Shown here: piece after piece, positions 53,175 through 64,000 of the stretch
Position numbering within the stretch: position 1 is the first letter of the stretch
How the letters are laid out: every line of letters begins with the position of its first letter
DNA from: Lytechinus pictus
Taxonomy: Eukaryota
Length of the DNA stretch: 64,000 bases
Assembly: GCF_037042905.1 (NCBI RefSeq)
Contig: NC_087256.1
Coordinates: 31,930,001-31,994,000, forward strand
Reading direction: 5' to 3'
The notes under the pieces: generated by a model
The model's input: the letters and a program-made list of their open reading frames with translations, nothing else
Database searches by the model: none
What the model was told of the DNA's origin: nothing
Position numbers and translations under genes: made by a program

Positions 53175-56100
53175 ATTGTTTTAAACAATACCTCTAAGGA
53201 GCAGACCCCATCTATTGATCAATTTTGATGGTCTTGTCCGCAAACCAAGCACCCTAACTCCGCACATGGATTCATGTAAATATATTTCAACAGAAAACAA
53301 ATCACATTTGCGTTTGTTTGTGCATAATCGATTATTTACTTTTTCATTTCATTTAATTGAATTTAAATATATATACATATACATGTATATATATAGATAT
53401 ATCCATATTATACTTTTTACAAGCATTAAAAGATAACAGAAAAATAAAAAAAATCGCACAATTTTTTTGTCCTCCATCGATTTATACTTCATTCTCTTAA
53501 TCGGTTCTATCCGAAACGTTATTCGCTTGATCCGAAGTAAATTCTACAGTCACATAAATGACCGATTTTAATCGACTGATGATATCCGACTATTTGGCTG
53601 ATCCGACATAATGCTTTAGTCACATCAATGAAATCGAATTAAAAACCTACAGACGATATACCATTCAAAATAGTTTGATTGGTCTGGAGTTGGTTTGGTT
53701 CAGTTCATGTGACTGTGGCCAGAATTAGGTTGACATTCACTCAGTCCCTTCACTCTTGGCAATGATAAATAACCTCGAGAAGATGACAAAAATGGCAGAG
53801 TTCTTTACCTCCTATCTCGCTTTCACCTCATAATGTAACAATCTCCACCCTCCGCGTGTCTGGTTGGGCCTAAAATGGCACAAATAAAAAGATGGAGCTG
53901 GCCCGGGGGTCTTGTCACCCGGGGGCAACGGGGGAGAAATAAGAGACGAAACTGGGCTGAGAGCACGCCCCGGAGATGTAGATTACCATCTAAGCCTTCT
54001 CATGTTCACTACCCCATCCGTCTTCTATCCTCCCTTCTTTGCCTCGTCTCCATTTTCTTCCACCATCGCCCCCCTCTCCCCGAACATGGGATTTGAGGTT
54101 CGATTATTACCGCGCACTGAGTGAAAGGCCACTGGATGGATATAAACAGGAACTATAGTTTCAAAAGTCTCTATAATCGTGATGCGAAAATGACGTACAG
54201 TACAAGCTGAAAAATCTTTGAAGCAAATCTTTTGTTGCCTTTTTTGCTCCTACAATACTTTCCTCGGGTAAATAATACCGCCCACATCAATGCCACTACC
54301 CTGTACGATTATTTGGCATGGTGATTATTACTCGGAAGGGGTGATGAATACAGATCAACACTCTTCTTTCAAATACTTATCGGTTATTATGAATAAACGA
54401 ATCACTTATACTCTTTCAAATGAATGTCTCCCGGTCGAGAGAGATCAAAGATTTTAATTTGCCAAATACTGTCAGCGGTGTTAAATGCTGAACCTTTATG
54501 AGATATCTTTATATTAGGGTGTCCAATGTATTCATGTCCTAAATGTGCATGGATATAAGTTACTTGGAGTTGTCATAATATCTCTTTTAAGGAAAATCCC
54601 CTCTTTATCTTATGAAACAAAATCTAACTTCCATATCAGTTTGCGATAATATCTAACAGTTTAATATTCGTAGTTAGCGAATCGGAAACGATTTCAATTT
54701 TAGATTTTCACTGGAAACCGGTGTAACAGAGAGAGAGAGAAAATTATAAAAGGCTGAGTTTGAAAATGGTATACTTCTATGTACAGACATTTAGTGAGTG
54801 AGAGAAGTGAGAGAGCCAGCGAATAATTAATTCTGACATAGTTTTGACATGTAAACGATGATCAAGATAAAAGGGAGAATGATGACGAGTAAATCACAAA
54901 ATCTTAAGAATTGTACTTTTTTGCATTTAAGAGACTAAATATTTGAAAATGTTATGAGGTCAGTAGAATACTACACAAAACAAGGTTTTGATTGCTGATA
55001 TATATAATTTCGACTCATTGGGCTCTTAATAATGCTTTGATACTTCACGTGGCATGAATTGTGGCAAGAAATTATCATGATGATGACAGTAAAAATTTGA
55101 AAATCTTGCTTATATACACATTTCAAATGCTGGGCAACATGCTGTCCACTGTGTTGGGTAATTAGTCCAGTCAATATAGGGTTTGACCCACCACTAATTG
55201 CAACACGAGATATTCCACTGCAATGCTTTCAAGGAAGGTCCTCTAAACAACATACTAAAAGTCCCAAGAAATCCAAGCAGTGGAAATTTATGAAATTTGC
55301 ATATTATGCAAATTAGCCATAACAAGTTAGAAAAATAAGGAAAATAGCCCAAATATTACAAATTGAGTGTCCAAAACAATTCAATTTGAGCGAAAATTCA
55401 TGATAAGTAACGGTATTCAATGTTTTTTGTCATAAGTGCAAAAAATATACCTCATTTGCATAATATGCAAATAAGCATCCTTATATGGAAAAATGTCAAG
55501 GTATTGTGATTTTTCTCTCATTATCTGCTTGAAAATTTCAGTAATGTTGGAATTTACATGCTGCTATCACTAAGGACGTTGAATACATTTGTATTCAGCT
55601 TAGTGTCTGTAGTGTAATTTGCATATTATGCAAATAAAAGTATCTAACATGTTATAAATATTCAAGAAAACACACTGGTGATACATCCCTAAAAAATTGC
55701 AAGTAGATTATCTATTGAAATTGGAATATGGCAATACCTTACAGGAAGGTTTCCTAAACACCATATTAAAAGTCCTTAAATATACAAGCATATAGGAAAA
55801 TCACAAAATTTGCATTTTATGCAAATTAGCCATAATAAATTACAAATAAGGAAAATAATCCAAATATTGGAAATCAAGTGCAATCAATACGAATTGAACT
55901 GAAGCCCGTGATAAGTTTTACAAATTTATTTATGTTTTAAATAAAAAATCGCAAATAAATCTACCTCATTTGCATATATATGAGCATCTTTATATGGAAA
56001 AAAATCCAGAAATTTTGATTTTTCTCACAAAAACAGTTATGAATACATTTCAGTCTAGATCAATATGATGTGATCACTAAGAATGGCAAATAAATTAATA

Positions 56101-56514
56101 ATCAGCTTAATATCTGAAGTGTAATTTACATATTATGCAAATAAGCATCCGACATGTTATAAATATTCAAGGATACACATAAGTGATACTTTCCTCTAAA
56201 ATTCCATGTAGATTATGTGTATTAACCATGATGGCCTTCCCTACACTTCTTGCTTGGTTGATATTGAGTTTTGTCACGAGCAGTTACCCCACTCATATTG
56301 TACAATGATGAGTCCATTCTACATGGATCCCACTGCTTGAATTTTTCATTATTTCCATCCAAGTCTTGCTCTCTTCTTGACTTTGTATAGAGACTTTGCG
56401 TTTCTTGCGAGTATAGTCCACGCTAGCAACTCCTGGATTGCCAAGTGATCAGCACAAGATGTCACACCCGTTCAAATAAAAGCCCATTAGCTTCGAATAT
56501 TTGGTCCTTGTAGC

Positions 56515-56982
56515 ACACCAATTAGCTTATAAACTTGGGGTCCTTGTATTTAAAGCGCTTAATGATAAATCTCCACCCTACATCTCAGAGCTCTTATCTC
56601 AGCATAGACCAACACGCAGTCTCAGATCAGCAGCTCAAGCATTGCTGAGGGAATCTCTCAGCCACACAACCTGGGGTGACAGAGCCTTCTACATCTCTGG
56701 ACCAAAGCTGTGGAATAGCCTTCCCCAATTTATCAGGAGAGCAGAGGCCCAATAAACTTTTGAGTCTTACCTGAAGACCTTTCTGTTCCCCACTCCAACA
56801 TTATCCCAAGACAAGAATAACTCAATTGTAGCATTACTAGGACAGTATTTGAATTGAATGGTGATCCTAAGCACTGTTTGAAGATATTGAAATTTGTGAG
56901 ATATTTCCTATTTTGAGCAAGCGCCATGAGCGCCCAGCTGAGGCGGATACCGACGCTTTACAAGAACCCATCATCATCATCA
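56515..56982 (+). pseudogene. L2-clade LINE 3' fragment inside the Academ-like element
   Basis: YKLGVLVFKALNDKSPPYISELL..RPTRSLRS..WGDRAF..GPKLWNSLP..LKTFLF, then a 3' UTR and (CAT)n tail. Confidence 0.9.
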
Positions 56983-57349
56983 CTTGTCTTGGTGGTGAAC
57001 ATGAGTACTTGCTTGGAACACCCTTAATATCACCATCAAATACCATCCAACATTGATTAGACAGTGTGTACCACTTCCAAGATTTATTTGCCACAATGTG
57101 CTACTCATGGGTATACTGTGAGGTTATCCAGATGAATAAAATTTTATGGTACGACTAAGGATGTTCTTCTGGAGGAATGCTGACTTTAATAGTGTCATGC
57201 AGATGTACTTTGGACAATCATACAGATCTGTACTGAAATCCGACAAGTCGAGCATAGGAGACTGAATGCCAATCAAGAGGACTTTAACAAGAACACACCG
57301 TTAACCATGTCTTCTTCCGACACAGGTTGCCTCAATGAGAGAATGGACA

Positions 57350-57975
57350 TAAGTTGTGTCGGAAGATGTCAAGAGTTTTAGAGAAAGGCTAGGAAGGCTT
57401 GCACATTCTAGAGCTCCAAAAGCATCAGTGAGGTAAAGCTCAGAATTGCTACAATGCATTAAAGAGGACAATAAGAGGGTTTGTAGACAAGCCTATAATA
57501 CATAATTTGTTGACCGGATTGACAATGATCCAGGCTGTAACAATTAGCATGCTGGGAGCCCTTAATATCAATAGCTATGACTACATTGGAATATAATTAT
57601 TAAATGAAAGCAAAGATTTTTAGTCTTAGTATTCACCACTGATCATGATGATGATGACGCTGAAGTCCTGGGACCCAGTCCTGACCCAGATATGGCCAAA
57701 TAACATATTGTTTAGTCAAGCAGGTGTAGCCAGACTACTGAAGAAATTGTTAAAGAAAACAACCTGCATGAAGCTACTAGGCCAGACGGAATCTCTGCTG
57801 CACTTTTTAATGAGACTACTCATCAGATCTTACCTGCCATAAGTTTGCTTTTCCTGGCCTCCCTTTATCATGTTTATGCGGTGAAATTTCAAGAAAGTCT
57901 AAGTCGTTCCCATCCATATAAGAAAGGGTTGTCAACTCTAACAAACTACACACCAATTCAAATACTGGGCTTTGT
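57350..57975 (+). pseudogene. Heavily decayed CR1/L2-group LINE ORF2 segment (region at the start of the RT domain)
   Basis: NLHEATRPDGISAALFNETTHQILPAISLLFLASL, then VVPI..KKG..NYTPI, matching KAxGPDGI..VxPIxKKG..NYRPI. Many frameshifts. Confidence 0.75.
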
Positions 57976-59415
57976 TCTTGCCAATCCCATCATCTTGTCA
58001 GACTAATGCTTAGGAAGCGAAGAACATATTTCCAGTATTTTTCCTTGAATATAAATCATATTAGGATAGATTTGAATGCTTAGTGATAGCAGCATATTAA
58101 TTTGAAAAACTGAAATGTTTTCACTGCAGTCAATGTGATAAAAATCTAAATTTCTTGACATTTTCCATATAAGGATACTTATTTGCATAATATGCAAATG
58201 AGGCAGATTTGCTAGCTTTTTTAAATAAAGACATTGAATTTATTGATTCATAATGTTCAATATTACTTGCTGTGGACATTTAATTTGTAATCTTTGGATT
58301 AATGTCCTCATTTTCTTTTTTTTTTAATGGCTAATTTGCATAATATGCTAATTAATTTTCAGGTATTGGGATGAATTTTCGTGCTTAGTGATATAGTAGC
58401 ATATTAATGTCAACATTAATGAAATGTTTTCAAGCAGTCTATATGAGAAAATTCACAATATCTTGACATTTTTTCCATATAAGGATGCTTATTTGCATAA
58501 TATGCAAATGAGGTAGACATTTTTGCACTTTTGATTAAAAACATTGAATTCAGTTATTTATCATGAATTTCCATTCAAATCAAATTATTTTGGACATTTA
58601 ATTTGTAATCTTTCGATTATTTCCCTTCTTTTTCTAATTTTTCATGGCTAATTTGCATAATATGCAAATTTCATAAATTTCCACTGCTCGGATTTCTTGG
58701 GACTTTTAGTATGTTGTTTAGGGGACCTTCCTGGAAAGCATTTCAGTGGAATATCTCGTGTTGCAATTAGTGGTGGGTTACCCCCCTATTCTGGCTAGAT
58801 TGACTGGACTAAATGTATGTTGGTAATATATATATATTTCTGGGCAATTATTATCCAATTGAGCAAGTTTATTACCCAATTATTAGTTTTTATAACCCAA
58901 TTTGGACAGATTTCAACCAATAGTTTTGTGGACAGTATGTTGCCCCGGGTTGGTTAAAAGTTGGGCATTTTCCCCAACTATTTTAAGAGTGTAGAGCAAT
59001 GTCATGAATATGGTGATATGGTGAAACAATTTTAATTCACGAAGTATTGATGCATTGAACTTGTCGAAGCAATCAGACAAATCACTCAATCCGGATGGTA
59101 TAACCTATAGTTGATTAATATACTTTATGTAAGTAGTACAGTCAAATCCAAATTTCATTGTATGAAAATGAGAAAAAAACCCAAATTTCTTATAGTCCTT
59201 TATGAATTCTTTGTTCCGTTGCGGTATGGTTTAGAGCGAATGAAGTTAGATTCGTTGTCTTATTTTAGATAATAATGATGATGAAGTCCTGGTTGGGTAA
59301 AATTTAGTGGCCTTTAATGAACTTCATACCACCAAATACAGGTCATCGACAGGTCATCATTTTATTTTCATTTTCCCCCAACAACAGCAACAATAAAACA
59401 TCTAGCAATCCTTAA

Positions 59416-60874
59416 AGTTGAATTAAGAAGGGGGTGAGTTTCCATAAATATAGGTTCTACATACAATATATAGTATATATAAGTTGTTCAAACACATAGC
59501 ATGTCACAATAATCCTCTGCCTTCTCGATATTTTGCTTTGAAAGTCTATGAAATTAGCTACCTGTCAGAGCCCGAGAGACGAGTGTACAGAAAAGTCACT
59601 CGGAGTGTGACGTCACCGGGGGGAATTTAGTATAAGAGGTGCCTGAATGTCATACAGAAATGCTATGCAGAGAGAGAAAGATATTTTACAATTTTTTTTC
59701 AAAGTAACTCAAATCAAACAAATAGGACTGATATGTACAAATCTTTACTTTCCCTGTATAAAAAACAGTATGAATAACCACCATGAACTCTTCAATCATG
59801 ATGTAAGATAGCAAACAGTGAGTTATTGAATGATATTTTCACTATTTCTCATTTATTTTATCACGATGTTCAATCAAGTGAGTAGCTGGAAAGTAATTCC
59901 GGCGGCTAGCTCAGCGCGCGCTGAACGCATAATACTAGTACACACAACACCCAGGCATTGAGTGTACTGTTATGGTCTGGTATACGTATGTCGACTTAGT
60001 TCATGGCCGTGCAGCGATCCCCTGGCGTTTTTTCTTCTTTTCTTTTGTCTTTGACTCCACTTTTATATCCTCTGGATCATTTCCACTCATAGCTCATTCC
60101 ACAGAACAATCTTGAACCAAACGTATAGTATTCTTTCTTGGCCTTCTGAGTTGTTTTCTATATTTAATTACGCTAGGGGTCACCGTCACACATACAAACG
60201 CAATTCGGAAGTGAGTTGAAGACAGAAAGATATATAGTAATTAGTATACATCTCTATGGTTGAAGACAACAAGAACGGTACGGTAGCTCGACAGCTAGCT
60301 GCGCCGGAGCGGGCGGCCGGTCGGCACAAAGCAATTCCGCAACCAACTGTGTTTTTTTTGCAAGAGCCGCGTCACACGCGGATAAATATGTCATAATAAC
60401 ACGTCTGCTACGTTATCGACTGGTGAGAAGATCTCGATCAAATTTCATATTATTCACCTTGAAATTATTCCTTTAGGGTCTATGGTATCATTCTGAGGGA
60501 ATTCACATATTTGGAATAATAGTACGGCCACAAATATTTTAATCATTTCCTCTTTGCAAGTTCTATGGCTCGCAGATACAACTTCAACTGCAGTTATTCC
60601 ATATGAAGGAGTACGTGCATAGTACACAAAACGGCACTGCCTTGATTACTACACCGGGACCGAATACCCCCCGGTGACGTCACACTCAAAGAACACCCGT
60701 CTCGGTAGGCATTGCAGGAGCGAACTCAGGGAAAATGGGTAGGGATAAATCGTTCAAATTCACTATTTTGAAAAAAGAAAATGGGGGGTCGAATCACCTA
60801 TTAGTGTTTGGGGGTTGTAAGGTTGCTATTAATGTAAATATCTCAATATTTGGAATCGTCTTCTTAATTCAACT
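59416..60874. mobile_element. Kolobok-like non-autonomous transposon
   Basis: Perfect 15-bp TIR AGTTGAATTAAGAAG/CTTCTTAATTCAACT with TTAA on both sides. Perfect 21-bp subterminal inverted repeat GAGTGTGACGTCACCGGGGGG located 187 bp from each end. Confidence 0.92.
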
Positions 60875-62059
60875 TTAACTGATAATGCTGGTAGCGCCAT
60901 TAATACGCACGAACACATCCTCTTCACTTACACGGGCGCGCACTCACCCAGGCGACACGTTCGGTTTTTACATTGCCCAAAACGAGTTCAATTTTTCATG
61001 ATTTTTACAAAGAATCGCATCTTGTCATGGGATGAAGTGACCGTCAATATATGAGCCCATCAAATCAAACAGACAGGATGAACTCGAAGTACAAAACACC
61101 GTGATCAGAACAAAACTAAGCCCATCCTTTTCGTTTAACAATTGGACCCGATTACAGGAGGATTTCAGAGGTAAATGAACCGTCAATTCAATTAAGTAAT
61201 GTAATGCAATGTAATCTAATGTGTAGGGGTCCCTCTTCTGTTCGCCGTCTCTAAACGAAACTCTTGGCCAATCAGCGCGCTCGCACCTGTACAGATGAAA
61301 AATTGCTTGATATAATATGCATTAAAGAAGAAATCACCAGTTACAATTCAGGGACACTTCACGCTTCGCTACCTAGTACGCAACTACAAAAAGAAGTAGG
61401 AGAGGGGAGGGGGTTGCTGCCTTGAGCAATAGAAGCAGATTTTTTTTATTTTTAATTGAATGGGTAATATGCTTTATAGGCCTGGTTCAGGGAACATCCA
61501 TTTATCAAATTTGCTCTTGACAGTTTGCTAACAAAAACTCAAGCGAAGGGGGTAATTAACTTCTATAAATGCCTGCTGACATGTGGTTGTTCTGGTTCAA
61601 TCCACTAAATGATCTTTTAGAGGTAATACCCCGACTATCGCCCTACCAACAGTTTGGAGTCAAAGTACTTTTAGTTCAAAATGCCCGCATTCCCACTTCT
61701 CTCCCCCCTCTCTCTCTCTCTCCTTTTCACATTTGTTCTTCTGCATTCCTCTTCATCTATGTCACTCTTTCTCTCTCTCACATATATATATTGCAATATA
61801 CATATATATATATATCATAAAACTATACACACATGCACACACACCCTCGTGTGTGTGTGCCTACATCAATTTTCTTTCTATTTACTGTCTCCTTTTGTTT
61901 CTCATACAATCCGCTTCCAATCTCTACTCCTCTCTCTCTCTCTTCATCGCTCTCACACACATAAACGCACACCCTCACGTTTGTAAACGCGCCCACACAC
62001 AGTTATAACCTCTCTCTTTCTCTCTCTTTCTCCATCTTCCCTCCCCTTCATTCACCATT

Positions 62060-62370
62060 TTTGCTCTGTTAGAGTCGTACATGGGGGACAAAGCAAGAAA
62101 AGGCTTTTGTTGGCAAACAGATACAAATAAAATGCCTATTCTTATCCAGAAATTCCCTGCTCCGCCTTTGATAAATTTGATTCGGTGTAATTTATCTCAA
62201 TCACGATATGCATTGTTCCGGGTATTAAACGGTTTACTAAACTTGCCCTCCCTAACTCATAATTTGTCTTTTGTGCGGTGACTAGTAATCAATGGGGTCC
62301 CATATATAGGTGTTTAGGTTAGCTTTTCCACCAAACTCTGCTTGTCAGTGTGTTGCCATTTGACCTTGGT
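62060..62370. promoter_or_regulatory. Candidate conserved enhancer
   Basis: Unique sequence densely packed with TCF-like CCTTTGAT, Sox-like CATTGTT and CTTTTGT, Fox-like GCAAACA and GTTTAC, and TAAT sites. Confidence 0.4.
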
Positions 62371-63924
62371 CTATTTAGTATTATCAAAACGTCATCAGGA
62401 AATTGATTTCCTCTTTCCTTTTCATATCGAAATTCCTTTCATATGATTTAATACTTAATCTCATTCTCTTTTACTGCAATATACCTGTCCGTTTATGAAT
62501 CCAATTGACTTATGTCTTCCTTTAAATGTATTAGCAAACTCGTCCTAATAAATGTTGAGGTAGGATATTAATTATCCGCTGTGGGACATACTTACACCCT
62601 CCAAAAGTGCTCATCTTTTATCAAATGCTCAGTTCATTATAGTACTCTCTCTCTCTTAACAACACGTCAAAACGATACGTGTTTACAGTTCGTCGTAAAT
62701 CTCTCTAAATAAAAGAATTGTTATCAAAATATTTCCATCTAACCAAGGACAAATTTTAATAGTCCTAATCCAATTCGTAATTAACTCATTTTCGGCAAGA
62801 GGTAAATCCTCACATAATAATGCAACCACAGTGCTCTTTAAAAAGTGCGTTGCGACCATTAGTTTGGAACTTGAATTTCTCCGCCCCGCGTTGTTACCCT
62901 TTCCCCATTTTCCTTTTAAAATAATGGGGGTCATTTGAGGGACAGGGGGCATTTTGAGAAATTACTAGGTTATTAGCCTAAAGGTCAACGACCCATGCAT
63001 CTGTGTAAGCTGCTTCATGTTTATTGGAAATGCAGTACCGAAAATCATAAGGCTGAAGACTTCGGAACAGTAACTACAATTGAAGTTATGGCATCAAATG
63101 TTACATAAATCAAATAATTCAAATCTATTCACTGCAAATTTACTATAATTGAATACAGGAACACAAAAGATAACACTACAATGGAATTAAAAAATAAAGG
63201 AGGGAAAGTAAAATCTATTAAATCAAATGCCAAAAATAATGAAATTAATAGAACACTGAGATCACACCTGTATCGCAAAATGCACACATTTAACTATCGA
63301 CAGAAGTTGATATCGTACAGCTTATACAATATGTAAGCCAGCTTAGGAAGGGTTACGTTGGTTTATCGAGTATAAACTGAATAGGTACATTTATAATTAT
63401 ATCGTCGGTAGAGATCATCTATAAAAGGTTGCAATGTACAATTTCCAATGTAAGACTTAATTATGTAAGTCATTACAGAATGAATTTATTTTCTTCAGAC
63501 TGAAAGTAACAAGTTAGAAAACATAACACCGATCTTTGTGACCAAATACTTCATGACACATTGTCATAATTTTAGTTATTGTATCATGTGCAACGATAAA
63601 AAGCGAGTGTTATTGTATCATTAGATAAAGTATTTTTTTATATGAAAAAGAAGTGACGAATATATTATAGAATCCTCATAAATTATTAATATATTTATTC
63701 ATCTTATATTTTCAACCAAAAAAGAGAAACAAATGGAACACCTCTTGCAGTCTCACGTGTATTACGCAATTTGATATAGCAGCAGTGCTGACTTTGAAAA
63801 CGACTATTTAATAGTTATTCACAAAAACACCATTCATATGATAATGAAATATTATGTTAATTGACCCCTAAAAGACATTTGACCTTGATCATGTGACCTA
63901 AGAATTGTGCAAGACCCAATTCGA

Positions 63925-64000
63925 GGAATTTCTTCCTACCGGGTACCCATTCACCTCACCTGGGTTGAGTGAAGCACAATGTGGGTACATTTCTTGTTGA
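63925..64000 (-). mobile_element. tRNA-SINE core, cut by the window end
   Basis: CCGGGTACCCATTCACCTCACCTGGGTTGAGTG is the reverse complement of the core of SINE 161-460. Confidence 0.85.

Larger units (their letters stand above)
55163..58811. mobile_element. Non-autonomous long-TIR DNA transposon, Academ-like
   Basis: Termini TAGTCCAGTCAAT/ATTGACTGGACTA. About 400-bp near-identical TIRs. 3-bp TSD AAT at 55160-55162 and 58812-58814. No transposase ORF. Confidence 0.88.
55117..58991. mobile_element. CAC..GTG MITE split by the Academ-like insertion
   Basis: Left piece TA|CAC..GGGCAACATGCTGTCCAC pairs with right piece GTGGACAGTATGTTGCCC..TAAGAGTG|TA. TTACCCAA motifs as in 16548-16760. Confidence 0.7.

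Noticed and set aside
54296-54320. miR-10-like TACCCTGTA, also AACCCTGTA at 26642 and miR-184-like TGGACGGAG at 18656
   Set aside because: Only the first 9 nt match the mature miRNAs, and no supporting precursor hairpin is evident.
63726-63912. TGACC(T)-motif repeat beginning AAACAAAT
   Set aside because: Probably an interspersed repeat fragment, but it is single-copy in this window with no TIR or TSD, so its class cannot be supported.

Overview
This is AT-rich animal (eukaryotic) non-coding DNA with many microsatellites and poly-G/C runs. The repeat families suggest a marine deuterostome, probably a sea urchin, but that is inference. I can support no intact host protein-coding gene, rRNA, tRNA or CRISPR array. 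Nearly all listed ORFs are low-complexity or chance frames. Much of the window is a dense and often nested set of non-autonomous DNA transposons with readable TIRs and TSDs: hAT-like elements with 8-bp and 5-bp TSDs, PIF/Harbinger-like, Kolobok-like (TTAA), CAC..GTG (EnSpm-like), an Academ-like element and a TU-like foldback. It also holds tRNA-derived SINEs and decayed LINE fragments (Tx1/L1, L2, CR1-like). Between them lie repeat-free, CpG-retaining islands, the largest at 28.7-32.1 kb, that look like cis-regulatory modules of a gene desert or large intron. Most notable: (1) a 3.65-kb Academ-like element whose arms carry ten back-to-back octamer palindromes spaced about 160 bp apart and which carries LINE cargo inside a third element; (2) a 1-kb foldback palindrome of 15-bp repeats nested in a Harbinger-like MITE; (3) a GCGC-GAA-GCGC mini-hairpin module shared by hAT-like elements with different TIRs; (4) SINEs with a common head and core but different tails. 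There is one assembly gap (7947-8244).
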